Shown in pieces: positions 10,636 through 22,076 of a DNA stretch of 64,000 bases. The DNA lies in IMG/VR virus record IMGVR_UViG_3300032254_000001, positions 64,001-128,000 of that record; one strand, 5' to 3'. Position numbers and translations under genes: made by a program. Within the stretch, counting starts at the first letter, position 1. Every line of letters starts with the position of its first letter. The DNA comes from a virus (taxonomy: Duplodnaviria; Caudoviricetes). The notes under the pieces were generated by a model. The model saw only the letters and a list, made by a program, of their open reading frames with translations. It was not told where the DNA came from and did not search any database.

Positions 10636-13270
10636 CTATATTTTTTCTATATTCCAAGCGTGATATCCTAGGTTATTTCCCTTTGGTGTATCAATACGGA
10701 CATAATATCCAATGGGCTTACCGCTGCCAACTTCTGTCATATCCGTTACATCGTGCGGGTCAACCACAACACATTCGCCTAATTCTTTTTGGTGCTTAAC
10801 AATAACTTTATCGCCCTTGCTTAACATCTACTTTCTCCAAACGTTCATATTCTACTATTGAAAGAGTGTTGCGCACAAATTCGCGGAACTCCTCTGCGGT
10901 TATATTTTTATTGTCAACGTTTGCTTCTAACGTCCTCATAAAATGTTCTGCTGGTACTGGCCTGCTCATGATTTAATCCACCGTACTAACCTAATCATTC
11001 CGTACCCAACACAACCAGCACCGAGTACAGCTAACAAAAATACCGTAAATGCAATTGTAAGTTCAATCATAAAGCGACTCCATACATGCAATTTGACTTG
11101 TGAAAGTTTCACCACAGCGGTTACTACCATTTGGAAAGTATGCCCAACCACCCGGCACTTCTTTTATCTTGCCAACTACTGTGTTGTCCAGTTTGACTTT
11201 GATAATACTTTCATGCTCGAATTTTATATCACTCATTGTTTGTTTCCTTTAGTTTCTTAAAGACATAATCTTTAGGATCAGCTGTTGCATTAATTTCATT
11301 AAGCTTCCTCCAACATTCTAAATGTTACTTCTTCGTCTGTTATGATGTATCCGGAATCCAAAAGGATTTTGTTTCTTTCATCGTTAGTTAATTGTAACCA
11401 ACTCTCAACATGTGTCCAAGTACCAAAGCTGTCAGCTGGCGCACACGCTACAAGCCATTTCATCATCTCTACTATTGATCTCCAATCATTGGCAGGATGT
11501 GTGTTTCGTGCTGCACCAGCCATATCATTAGCAAAACATGCAGAATGGAAGCTGCCCGGAGGGAAGCCGCAGATAACATAATTGTATAACTCTTGCATCC
11601 ACTCATCATTCACAGGCCAGGTATAAAACGTTTTGAAAAAGCCTGATGCTTTGAGTCTGTCTGATTTACTAATATTACCCATTATGTTGTCCTGACAGCA
11701 TTGTCATCATCTTCATGTATTCTTGATTCGCTTTGCTGAATATCGGTACCTCAAGCAATGCGTCCTGAGATTCTGCGTCTTCGGCTATTATCGCTAGTAT
11801 TCTCTTTTTATACATTGTTGATAAAATTGGTATCAACAATGTATACATGAATGGTATAAAAATTAAGAACATTAAAAACAAGAACCATTCTTTAAAAGTC
11901 TTGTAATCCAATTCAAAAGCCGGAGCAACTACTGTATATGTCAATCCAAGCCACATCTCTTTAAACGCGAAAGAATATGTAAGACCTTCGATAATTTGTG
12001 GCTTTACATTATAAAACATCTTAGGTCCCATTATTTAGATCCTTGTAAATGTTCGATGAGTTTCTCTTTAAATTTCTGGAAACCATCTGCAAATTTATAA
12101 TCTTCGCTAAGTGCTGCACCAAGTCCGTACAGTATATCGTCAATTAGCATTTCATCTGGATACTTCTCGTACCCGTGTTGGTTGTTATACGTGCCAACAT
12201 AATCCTGCAAGCTTGCAACAACTTCTTCCATTGTTGGTAACGGTGATTGACCGTTAAGCCTGCGCCATGTATTTTCTTTTGCCCTGTTCATTATTCTGCA
12301 TCCGGAATATGTATACGTGCAACTGTAAACTCTTCTTGACAGCGAGCACATTCACCAACTACTCTAGCATGGACACGACCAATACCATCAGTAGCACCAA
12401 TCTTAACTTTAGCATATTCTTCGCCAGGTGAGTACAAACCCTTAGCGGCGTATACTGGTGGCTTATGGCCAAATACTTTACACAGTATGTTCATCACGTT
12501 CCTTTTTAAGTTTAGCTAAGTCTCTCTGCTCTTGCTCTTTAACCAACTTTATTGCATTCATAGTAGAACGAATTAATTTAGCTTTTGACTTATTGCCAGT
12601 TAATTCGTGATACGTTAATTGGTGCTCAAGCGTCATGTGCTTCTTCTCTCTGACGTGCAATGTAATGGAATGGACGTTCGAACCTGCCATCTGCATTACG
12701 GTAAACAGAAATGTACATATTCTGTCCAAAGCTATCTGTTGCATGATACGAAACAGTTTCACCATTTGGTATCTCACTGGATGTATTATCCCACGTACCA
12801 GTTAGACCTTCTGAAGCAAGTGCTTCGTCAAGTGCATCGAACCAATTTTGTTTAGAAACTATCATCGTCATCCTCGTCGTCTTCTATTAGTATTTCAGCT
12901 GAGCCTGTTTCAGTACAGAATTCAACATAAATGTTTTCATCGTCTGACTTCAGGAACTTGTTAATTAAACCACGCATAACATCACGTTGTTCGTCTGTTA
13001 TATGTTCTTCAAACAAATCGTTTGAATAAACTGCTTCGGGCTTTTTAAACGATGCAATAAATTTCATTGCGCCTCCGCTCTAGCTTTATGATCTAATAGA
13101 GCTTCGTTCTTTAATCTTTGCAGCACATTAGTTCGTCCTGCAATTGGTGCTCCGGTGCGGCTTAGTTTAACACCGTTTATAGAAAGTAGTCTTACTTCGT
13201 TGCCATCGCTAACGACATATTCTACTGTCTGTCGTCTGCTAGCCATTATAGTTTCAAATGTATTAAACAT
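10636..13270 (-). other. Run of small hypothetical early genes
   Basis: Abutting ORFs of 50-130 aa (e.g. 10636-10827, 11299-11682, 11675-12031, 12291-12497, 12626-12871, 12852-13067, 13064-13270). Confidence 0.7.
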
Positions 13271-13271
13271 A

Positions 13272-14120
13272 TTAGCCTACCTTCTTTTTACAGTTTTGGT
13301 AATAACCAGCTGCTGCATGACGATCACAATTCATAACATCAGCTAATACGGTAATCATCTCTTGACGAGTAATGTCTGACTTCAATTCTTTTGCTGCTTG
13401 GTACGCGGTAACAGCGGTAGCAATTTTAGTACCTGCTTTAGGAGCTGCCGCCTTTTTAGCTGGAACATGCACTTCAGTCTTCTTACCTGAATATGATGTT
13501 ACGGTTTTTGTATGACCTTTAGGAGCTGCCTTAGCTGGTGCAGCTTTAGGAGTCATAAACTCTGGAGTTTTATGGTCCATTGCTTCCGCAGTAGTCATCT
13601 TACCTAATGCTTCTTTGTGTACTAACTTAGCACCTTTGCACTTGTTATGTGAATAATTTGCGCGTCCACGTAACATCTTGTTATGGCGAACTGAGCTAAG
13701 AACAATCTCTTGACCACAACCTTCACATACATAAATGTGTTTCGCTTTTGGCATTGCTACCTTGCTCACATCCATTGCATGAGTGCGATCTGGGTTAACA
13801 CCAATCGCTTGCATAACCTTCTTCCAGTAGTAACCATGTGCTGAATTGCGACCTGGGCCACGACCGTAAATATGTTCTTTTAGTAAATGAGCAACTTCAT
13901 GTGGGATAACTTGGTTCATGTATTCGTCCCAGTTATCAACCATAAGACCTGCGTTGAAATTCAACTCCATTTGTGCGTACCATGCAGTGCCACCACATGT
14001 GCCACGCTTATCAAATTTAACATAAGGACCTTCAAGATCAGTACCAAGTACTTCATTACCTAGTGCAACAAAGTGATCAACTCTTTCGTATACTTCGCTT
14101 TTTTGTGCTAATGTCAACAT
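13272..14120 (-). CDS. SprT-like zinc metalloprotease with basic PAK-rich C-terminal tail
   Basis: IPHEVAHL...HGYYWKKVM; YVCEGC; C-terminal APAKAAPK/AAAPKAGTK repeats. Confidence 0.85.
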   Translation of the reverse strand: MLTLAQKSEVYERVDHFVALGNEVLGTDLEGPYVKFDKRGTCGGTAWYAQMELNFNAGLMVDNWDEYMNQVIPHEVAHLLKEHIYGRGPGRNSAHGYYWKKVMQAIGVNPDRTHAMDVSKVAMPKAKHIYVCEGCGQEIVLSSVRHNKMLRGRANYSHNKCKGAKLVHKEALGKMTTAEAMDHKTPEFMTPKAAPAKAAPKGHTKTVTSYSGKKTEVHVPAKKAAAPKAGTKIATAVTAYQAAKELKSDITRQEMITVLADVMNCDRHAAAGYYQNCKKKVG

Positions 14121-14149
14121 GTATTGTACCTTTGCTCGTTATCTAACTG

Positions 14150-14300
14150 TTATATACATTATATGATTTTATAGCCGAAAGGTCAACCTTTTTAGGAAAA
14201 TACATCCTTAAGGATTTCAAGAGGTTAGCAGTTTTTGTGAAAAAAGATTATCCTACTGTAAAATCAATGACTTAGCAGAATAGTGAAAATCAATGACTTA
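14150..14300 (-). promoter_or_regulatory. Sigma70-type early promoter with IHF boxes
   Basis: TTGACC-17-TATAAT inside AAAGGT-TG-ACCTTT; AAAATCAATGACTTA at 14260-14274 and 14286-14300. Confidence 0.8.
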
Positions 14301-14315
14301 CGTCACCTTTGTAAG

Positions 14316-15679
14316 CTATTCGTTGATCAGTTCCAGATATCTGTCAAAACTAGGGTACATTCTGATCATTGTTGCTAGCTGTTCGCTATATATTGTGATT
14401 TGCGATGCTGAGTAATCAGCATAGAACGGAGTCCTTAGCTTAACCAAACGTTTAAGCCCTGCTCCTGTGTTGCTTAGTGTACAATCAAAGGTAAATGGTT
14501 TTAGCACTATCCCAACTGCCGCATTGCCTGCGCTGGTTAAACGTGCTGATTGATTGTTACCGTAGTCGCGCCACCACCATACTTTGAGAGCGTATTCAAA
14601 ACTAATGTTTACACCTAATTCTTCGAGTACGGCTGCGGTGATGGCCTTCTTGTCCATTACGGATAGACAGTGTCGCCTGCGGTTAACTTAACAACACTGA
14701 AGTCTTCCGTTTGGAATTGCCTGTTAAGTTTCTTGGCAAGGTTGATTGCGTGTCCTGGGTTACTAAACGAAACCTTCTTGTACTTAGGACCAGGATATTG
14801 GATAAGCATGTTCTGCGTTTTTATATTAATTGGGCGGTCTTGAAAATACACAGCCCATATGCCATCGCTCGCTAATACTTGATCTGTCTTGTAAGTAGCC
14901 TTGTTAGTAAGTTCTGTTAAAATTGTTGGTCTTGGTCTTGCCAATTGTAAATCCTCATGCTTATACTTTATTTATCTTAAAAAGTACGTACATAACCATT
15001 TACTTGAAATCACCGCCTGAAACTTCTATTTTCTGAATAGTATTATCATCGGATTTATTAGATTGTAATTCCTGCAAGACAAGAAGCAACTTAGTGATGT
15101 CGCCGTGCAAGTCCTTTGCTTCCTGAATAGATAACGACACTGCCTTCATTCTCTTAGACTCTGCCATCTTTATTTTATCAATGAATCTGTTTATATGAAT
15201 GCTCATTCGAATATAGTGTTAAATTGGTTTAAGCCAGGATTCGTCTTGTACGGTCCTTTGTATTCATGACGCTGCAATGTAATAAGTTTAGGGCAGTACT
15301 GCACAATCCAAGTGCCATTGATACTAACTTTATAATAACCAGCAGCGAACCACGACTTACTATCATCAGTCTGTGTAAACAAAGGCAAAGCGTATTGCAC
15401 ATTCCATACAGCATTATAAGCTAGTCCATCTGTAGGAAATCCGTGTGCATCCTCTGAGATGGTTGCACGTGGCTTAGGTAATTCACTAAACTCAAACAGC
15501 CCAGACTCTTTTACATCAGTTAATGATTTAAAATCTCTTGCTGTGCTACCATGTATCTTAACTTCTATTTCATTGTTGGACTTTGTTTTTATCTGTCCAA
15601 TCTTTATATTATTTTGTTGTAAGATCCAGAACTCATCCTTTACGACTGATTTTGCTCTAATCTTCTGTAAGTCTTCCAT
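14316..15679 (-). other. Four hypothetical genes downstream of RNase H
   Basis: ORFs 14316-14657, 14657-14944, 15000-15206, 15203-15679. Confidence 0.7.
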
Positions 15680-16713
15680 TCATCTACCCCTGTTAAATTT
15701 GTAATATGACCCTTGTACGGTTTCATCATCCACTTAATAATATCGCCTGGGTGTTCCGATAACTTAACTAAGTCATGTACACCGCAGAACTTCATAAACT
15801 GAAAGTTGATATCTGTTGCTGGGATATGCTTTACTGCACTAATCAATAATTCGTTAATAATAGTCTCGTCAACCATGTCTTTAATTTCATCTGGCTGTAG
15901 AGTTAAATCGATTAACCTACGATTGCGTTCGTAATCGTCAAGAACTTTGTGTTCAACATCGTTGTGGTCTGTCCAACGCTGTAGCATTAAGTTATTCCAA
16001 TTATAGCCTTTCTTATCTTTATCAGCGAATGCTTCTAGAAGGCCTGTTTTATTCTTTGTGCCCTTTTTACGTACACCTGGATATGCACTAAACACGTTGT
16101 CTGACTTATCACCACGGATACATTTTTCAAATAGTAACCATTGTGGGTCTCCAATAACTTTGTGCTCCTGTGTCTTCTTATCGATAACGTGTCTGCCGTT
16201 ATCGTCGAAGTTACCCTCAGGTGTAATCATTTCTTTTGTTATACCATTGTACATGTGTACCTTATCTGTGATAAGCTGGTAATAGTCTGTGTCGCTGCTT
16301 AGTATAACATGCTCATCGTCTGGGTGCAATGCAATGAATCTAGCAATAACATCATCAGCTTCAGCGCCAGGTGCTGAAATAACAGAACAGTTAGTCTTAT
16401 CATTTAAGTAAGTTACAAAGGCATTGTATACTTCAAAGTACAAATCATCTTCTTCAATTTCTGTTTCTGTGCGCTTCTGTCTTTCAGCTGCACGTTGTTT
16501 CTTGTAAGGTTCATAATAAGTCTTACGCCAGTTATTGCCACCTTCTAGTGCAAACAAAACGTGGTCAGTGCCATCGCGCTTTATTAGCTTGTTAGCTGCG
16601 GCTAGCATCATGTGCATACTAAGACCTAACTTATCCGATATATCAGCGCCACGGTGTACTGTGTGTCGTGCGCGGAAGAATAAGTTCATTGTGTCTACTA
16701 AAATATATTTCAT
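15640..16713 (-). CDS. rnh: T4 RNase H-like 5'-3' exonuclease (FEN family)
   Basis: ILVDTMNLF, EADDVIA, ILSSDTDYYQL, GDKSDNV acidic motifs. Confidence 0.9.
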   Translation of the reverse strand: MKYILVDTMNLFFRARHTVHRGADISDKLGLSMHMMLAAANKLIKRDGTDHVLFALEGGNNWRKTYYEPYKKQRAAERQKRTETEIEEDDLYFEVYNAFVTYLNDKTNCSVISAPGAEADDVIARFIALHPDDEHVILSSDTDYYQLITDKVHMYNGITKEMITPEGNFDDNGRHVIDKKTQEHKVIGDPQWLLFEKCIRGDKSDNVFSAYPGVRKKGTKNKTGLLEAFADKDKKGYNWNNLMLQRWTDHNDVEHKVLDDYERNRRLIDLTLQPDEIKDMVDETIINELLISAVKHIPATDINFQFMKFCGVHDLVKLSEHPGDIIKWMMKPYKGHITNLTGVDEWKTYRRLEQNQS

Positions 16714-16715
16714 TG

Positions 16716-17315
16716 TTATACCATCTTGTTATCTGTTATGTGTTGTATTAAACGTCTTGCCCATGCTGCATGAGCTTCAGCGCCGTAGTGTTCGTTAGAT
16801 GTAATAACGGTACTGTAGCCATTTAATTGCAACCAGCCATCAAATGATTCTTCGGGGAGATATGGGTTGATGTAACACTCTCCAAAGTCATAGCGTTCAT
16901 CTTCTGGAATGTCTAAAAAGTTATCCTTGCCATTAAAGAAGATATGCTTAATGCCTAGCTTCTTCAAGTACAAATGAAATCCTTCTATTACCTCAAGTGT
17001 ATTGAATATATCTAGCCTCCAATCACACCACTGGATAATCATAAACATATCCGAGGCTGGAACGATATCAGCTTTCTCTTCGATCCATTCCTTTGTTGTT
17101 TTTATAATACGTGCATTGCTACTTTCGCTTTCTGCGTCGGTAACGAATGTCATCTTTAATAAGTTTGCAAGTACAGCTCCATATGATACTTTGATATTCT
17201 CAGGGTGCGGTGCATTTTTCAGATGAACATAGCGATGTTCATCACTAGCATATGAAAATGAATTAATTGCTTCTGCTGCCGCTGTATGACTACCACCGTT
17301 TACGTAGAGCATCAT
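16716..17315 (-). CDS. SGNH/GDSL-like hypothetical protein
   Basis: LYVNGGSHT...SYG...SN...II...W...H(YG)...AH pattern; start at MMLYV. Confidence 0.45.
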   Translation of the reverse strand: MMLYVNGGSHTAAAEAINSFSYASDEHRYVHLKNAPHPENIKVSYGAVLANLLKMTFVTDAESESSNARIIKTTKEWIEEKADIVPASDMFMIIQWCDWRLDIFNTLEVIEGFHLYLKKLGIKHIFFNGKDNFLDIPEDERYDFGECYINPYLPEESFDGWLQLNGYSTVITSNEHYGAEAHAAWARRLIQHITDNKMV

Positions 17316-17319
17316 TTGA

Positions 17320-17583
17320 CTAATCTCCGTACTTTTCCAAACGAGCAATTTCTGCTTCGATGTAGTACTTGATTTTCTTAGCGTCACGGATCTTTTCTGA
17401 ATGTGCTACTTGTCCGTATCTGTACCATGCGCGACCAATCTCGCCCATCTGCGCGTTCATGTTCTTGTAGCTAATTAAGTCTTGTAGTTCTTTAGCTTCT
17501 GCTGGTAATTCATAATAGCTTGCTGTGCTACCGTCACTTTTCACCTTTACGAGATTATCGTTTTCGTCTGTTGTATGTGCCAT
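17320..17583 (-). CDS. DUF3310-like phage protein
   Basis: SDGSTASYYELP...YRYG...DAKKIKYY motif. Confidence 0.5.
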   Translation of the reverse strand: MAHTTDENDNLVKVKSDGSTASYYELPAEAKELQDLISYKNMNAQMGEIGRAWYRYGQVAHSEKIRDAKKIKYYIEAEIARLEKYGD

Positions 17584-17747
17584 TTTATTCTCATTTGTAT
17601 ATATTCTTCAACGTATCTACATGATACGTAACTCCGCATTCTCTACAGAATGTGAAGCCCATTGCATTATATGCAAACCTATGATTGCCGCATACACGGC
17701 ATTTAAATCCTTTTTCTATAAGTAGATCAAGCTTTAACCCAACGGTT

Positions 17748-18179
17748 TCAAGATCCGGATTCGCTGCTTTCTTTGTCATTTTTTTCGTTTTCCTCGTCGA
17801 GGTATTCCTGAGCTGGATCAGGACAGTATGTTTCCATTACGTCCAACAATGCTTTAGCAATATCAAATTGTGCTGCCATTGTTGAGTACGTAACAAGCCG
17901 ACGAATCTCATCAGCTATACCAGTACGTGCTGCGCTATTTGCTAGATTCAGCTGAACAGTAATACCAGCTTCACGCAGGCTGCGAATGTGTTCAGTGTAT
18001 CTAGGTTCAAGAACAGTACTATGAACTTTTATAGTTTCTGCGTGTCCTGGAGTCACACGTTCAACAAGATCCTTAGCTTCTTTAAGGCCAAGTTGAGCAA
18101 GTCCGCGAACTGCTTTAATGCAGGCTATCTTGTTTTCCATATCCTTAACGGTTCTAACTGAAAGTACAACTGTTCTCAT
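17748..18179 (-). CDS. Ribosomal protein bL12 C-terminal-domain-like protein
   Basis: KIACIKAVRGLAQLGLKEAKDLVE matches the bL12 CTD helix motif. Confidence 0.7.
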   Translation of the reverse strand: MRTVVLSVRTVKDMENKIACIKAVRGLAQLGLKEAKDLVERVTPGHAETIKVHSTVLEPRYTEHIRSLREAGITVQLNLANSAARTGIADEIRRLVTYSTMAAQFDIAKALLDVMETYCPDPAQEYLDEENEKNDKESSESGS

Positions 18180-18187
18180 AATGATAC

Positions 18188-18595
18188 CTATTTGTATTCG
18201 CGACGTCCGCCGCCTAAGTCTGTTCTGTTACCTGGATCTGCTTTATCTTGTTCGAATGTCTCAAGTACTACATTTCTGCATACATCAGTAAACCACTGGT
18301 CGACTAAGTCTGCATCTTCTTTACCTTGGTATCCAAATCGCATTAACTGTGCAATGAACTTTTCATTCCAGTCTAGCTCAAATGCGCCATCGGATAAGTT
18401 ATTATAATCTACGTCCATAGTGACAATAGCAACCCACGGTTCGCCACGTGTTGTTGCTGCTGCTTTTTCTTTTTCAAGTTGTGATAAATGATCTTCGATT
18501 TCTTTCTTTGAACGCTTTTTAACTTTAACTGGTTCTGGACTGTTAACATCCTTATTTCGCAATACCTTCCATGCGGCTTTAACTGTTTTAAACAT
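18188..18595 (-). CDS. Conserved hypothetical phage protein
   Basis: GEPWVAIV...GAFELDWNEKFI...VDQWF. Confidence 0.6.
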   Translation of the reverse strand: MFKTVKAAWKVLRNKDVNSPEPVKVKKRSKKEIEDHLSQLEKEKAAATTRGEPWVAIVTMDVDYNNLSDGAFELDWNEKFIAQLMRFGYQGKEDADLVDQWFTDVCRNVVLETFEQDKADPGNRTDLGGGRREYK

Positions 18596-21211
18596 TTATT
18601 CTACCTGACCTTGTAATTTTAAATATGTGTACTGGCGTGGAGTCAACCAGTAGGTATCAGTTGGCCACTGATACAGTTCTTCACCTGTTACCATTTTCTG
18701 GAATGGCCAAATGATTTGTTTTGAGTCTGTGCATCTTTTAATAGTAAGACCGTTGCGCACCATTTTCCAATGTGCATTATATTTGTATACGTTAATTGAC
18801 ATGTCTAGTCCAACATCTGCAGATTCTGTGCCCCAGTACTGTGTCATTATATTTCACCCTTTAAACGCGCAATGATAAATTCATCTTTATCGACCCAATG
18901 TTCACAAAAGTTATCTTTGTAAACATACGCTTCGGACATCATGTTTATTTGTTTACCCGATAATATACACTTCTTTGGCCATAGCGTTACTGTTAGCATC
19001 CATTTATTATACGCTTCTTGGCGTGGTTCGTCAACCGATCCCATCACGAGTTTACTCTATCCCAGCGCCTGCCACCTTCGAGCTTTGCAAATAAAAATTC
19101 TTCTTTTGAAACTTGACGTACTTCTGGCGGAGACCATTTAGATTTAAGTAACTTATGTGTTCGTGTACCTATGTACATTTGTGGAAAGAATCCAGTCCAA
19201 GTTAATGTTGCATAGCACACACGAGGTAAGATGAATCGTTTTAATTCCCACTCAAACTCACCTTCCATTTCTTTTATAAATGCATTTAGTTCGTCTAAGT
19301 CATGATGTGACATTGCCATTACAGATTACCTCTTACACCTTCAAACATAAACGTTTCTCGAGATACCCACTTCTCAATGAGTAGGTCTTCGTAAGGACCT
19401 CGTATAATCTGATAGCCCCTGTACGCCTCGGAGAACATTGGCAGGCGCTTGCCTGTAATGCAATCCTTACGTGGCCAAGCAGTCCAAGTCTTTTCCCACG
19501 TAAACTCTTTCGGTTCCCATTCTTTGCGGATTGCTTCGATGTCGAAGTCACACACTTATAAATTGCCTTTTAACTTTTCAAACATATACGATTCTGATGA
19601 TAACCAGCGTACAAGAAGTAAATCCTCACCCGGGCCAGAAATAATTCTATATCCTCTGTAAGCTACTGAGAACCATGGCATGCGTTTACGTGAAAGACGA
19701 CACCTGCGTGGCCAAGCAGTCCAAGTCTTTTTCCATGTGAAACGTGACATATTTCTAATAGCTTCTTGAGTAAAGCGGTCACCTTGTATTACAGAATCCA
19801 CTGGCATTATATATTACCTTTTAACTTTTGTATAATAAACTGGTCTTCGTTCAACCAAGCAATTGCATAGCTTCCAGCCGCCCTTTCCGTCCCGTATCCG
19901 TATGCTGGATCTGTGGTATGTCCGATTGCAACTACACCGTACCAGCACTTCTGCAAAGGCCAAATCCATTTGCCACTTGCATTGCATCTACGGAACCACG
20001 GGCTCTTCATTGTGCGCCACCGTTTGTGATCGCTGAACAGGATTGACATTAGCATCCCGTCAGACGCCGGTTCCATCTTAGGTATGTACTTCCAATCCTC
20101 AGGACATTTCCAACCCATTATATTCTATTAGTAAGAGTCCTGAAGGTGTATGCCTTTGCAGACAACCACTCAGTCTTACCATCGTCCGGTGAAGGTCGAG
20201 TATGCAGTTTTGTATAGGCTTTAGTTAAAGGCCATATAATTGCATTAGTGTCAACACATCGATGAAAGCCCAAAGCAAGTGTTTCGCTCCAAGACCATCT
20301 AGGTTTGTTTGTGTCTTCTTGGTCGCAACTGCAACCACCGATCCATTCTGTAATCATATCACCCTCTTCTCTTACAGGCATTATATCTGCCCCCTTAGTC
20401 GTCTTATTGTAAACTCTTCTTTTGTTAACCATATCACTTGTGGATAGATAACAAATTCTATTTGGTCTGCTGGCATCTCTGGACACAGTGATTTAACACC
20501 TTTGTATGCTTTCATGCCCGGGTAAATTGTTTTACCACATCCAAAACAGGTCTGCGGTGTAAACACACGCTTAAATGTCCATTCGAAATATTCTACTGGC
20601 TCATCATTACTAAATTTTTTCTGTAGCGTTTCTCTAGCTACGCGCTGTTTAATTATCTTCATCTTCTCTTGAAGAATAAGATTCATGCGCTCTATACGTT
20701 TATCGATATCGTTCCTGATCTTCTCAACTTTAATCTGGACCTCGTCACGACTGCTCACGCTTCACCTTTAAGCTTTAACAGCATATAGCCTTTGTTAGAC
20801 ACCCAACTAAAATCTGTTACTATGTTGCCTTGGTACTCGTAGTTCATCCACCTGCGATGTGCTTTAGTAAGGAAGCCAATACGTTCGCCTGTTACTTTGC
20901 ACTTAACTGGCCACAATGTAATACCTTTTGACCAAATAACAATTGGATGTAACTCAACTCTTGTCATAGTTGTATCCTTTAAGCTTCTGTATAACAAGTT
21001 CTTTTGGTGTTGTCCAGAAAGCAACATATTCCATGTACATTATGCTTGTTGGTCCGTAGCTAGAAATAGGACGACTCCTGCATACCTTTGTAAATGGCAT
21101 AAGCCACTTGCCAGTAAACAGGCACCTGTGCGGAAACAGCATTACTGGTTCATCCCACACACGATGCGCGAGAGAGATATCACCATAGTATGTAGAGACT
21201 ACGTTCCCCAT
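18596..21211 (-). repeat. Tandem array of ten paralogous small genes
   Basis: Shared W..WP..C..SGK.IWP...Y...W....F...KLKG motif in 18596, 18847, 19044, 19319, 19556, 19807, 20118, 20381, 20755 and 20954 ORFs. Confidence 0.85.
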
Positions 21212-22074
21212 TCATTCTTCCAAAGATCAACTTGTAAACGTGGACTGTAACGGAAACCATATGACATTGCTAACTTAGCAACCTCTGGCGCATTTAAATT
21301 ATACATGTCAGGATCACCGCCGCATGGCATAAGATACACTTCACCATCCCATCCAGCTTTTCTGTACTCTTCAACAAAGTCAACAACGTCTGACATGTCA
21401 TCGCGCGTTGCAACTACAAATTTTAAATACACTGTGCCGAACTTCATGTAGCTTGCAACTACCTCTGGCTTCAGTGCATCGCTCGCGTCTTCACCAGACA
21501 TGTACAGCTTAGGACTAACACTAAACGTTAACGATGTGCTTGCTGTAGCATTTTTGATTTGACGTAGCAGTAGGTAGTCTGCAAACTTATCTGTGATCTT
21601 CTGTGTGCCGTTTGTTTCAAAGGTAATGTGTTTGTAACCTTTTTCATAAGCTGCATCAAGCAACTCAGGATATGCACGTTGCCATCCTAGCAGTGGTTCA
21701 CCACCTGTTATAACAAGATGTGTGTTGCCGATGATGCCTGATATATGACCACCGCCTCTACGTGCTTTTTCAATCTCGTCCATTACTACAGGAATATCCA
21801 TAACAGGACTTAATGATTTAAACGCTGGATGCCATGATGCATAACTATCACAACCTGTCTCTGCAAGTGGTAAGCTAGTGTAATCCCATTCCGGGTGTTG
21901 CTTAAGTTGTTCTGCAAACTTTTCTGGCTCGCCTGTGTATTCACCGTTCGGCATACCAAAGCCACGACATTGGAAATTACATCCAAATGTTCTTAGGAAT
22001 ACGCTTGGTACTCCTGTCCATAATCCCTCACCTTGGAGGGAATAAAATATTTCTGCTACTTTAAGTTTTGCCAT
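21199..22074 (-). CDS. queE: 7-carboxy-7-deazaguanine synthase (radical SAM)
   Basis: EIFYSLQGEG...FLRTFGCNFQCRGF...CD; ITGGEPLL; FETNGT; SPK; PRLQVDLW. Confidence 0.9.
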   Translation of the reverse strand: MAKLKVAEIFYSLQGEGLWTGVPSVFLRTFGCNFQCRGFGMPNGEYTGEPEKFAEQLKQHPEWDYTSLPLAETGCDSYASWHPAFKSLSPVMDIPVVMDEIEKARRGGGHISGIIGNTHLVITGGEPLLGWQRAYPELLDAAYEKGYKHITFETNGTQKITDKFADYLLLRQIKNATASTSLTFSVSPKLYMSGEDASDALKPEVVASYMKFGTVYLKFVVATRDDMSDVVDFVEEYRKAGWDGEVYLMPCGGDPDMYNLNAPEVAKLAMSYGFRYSPRLQVDLWKNEWGT

Positions 22075-22076
22075 TA

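Noticed and set aside
18596-21211. CRISPR array or DGR target explanation for the repeat arrays
   Set aside because: Similarity is at protein level with no identical DNA repeats and spacers; no reverse transcriptase or template repeat in the window.
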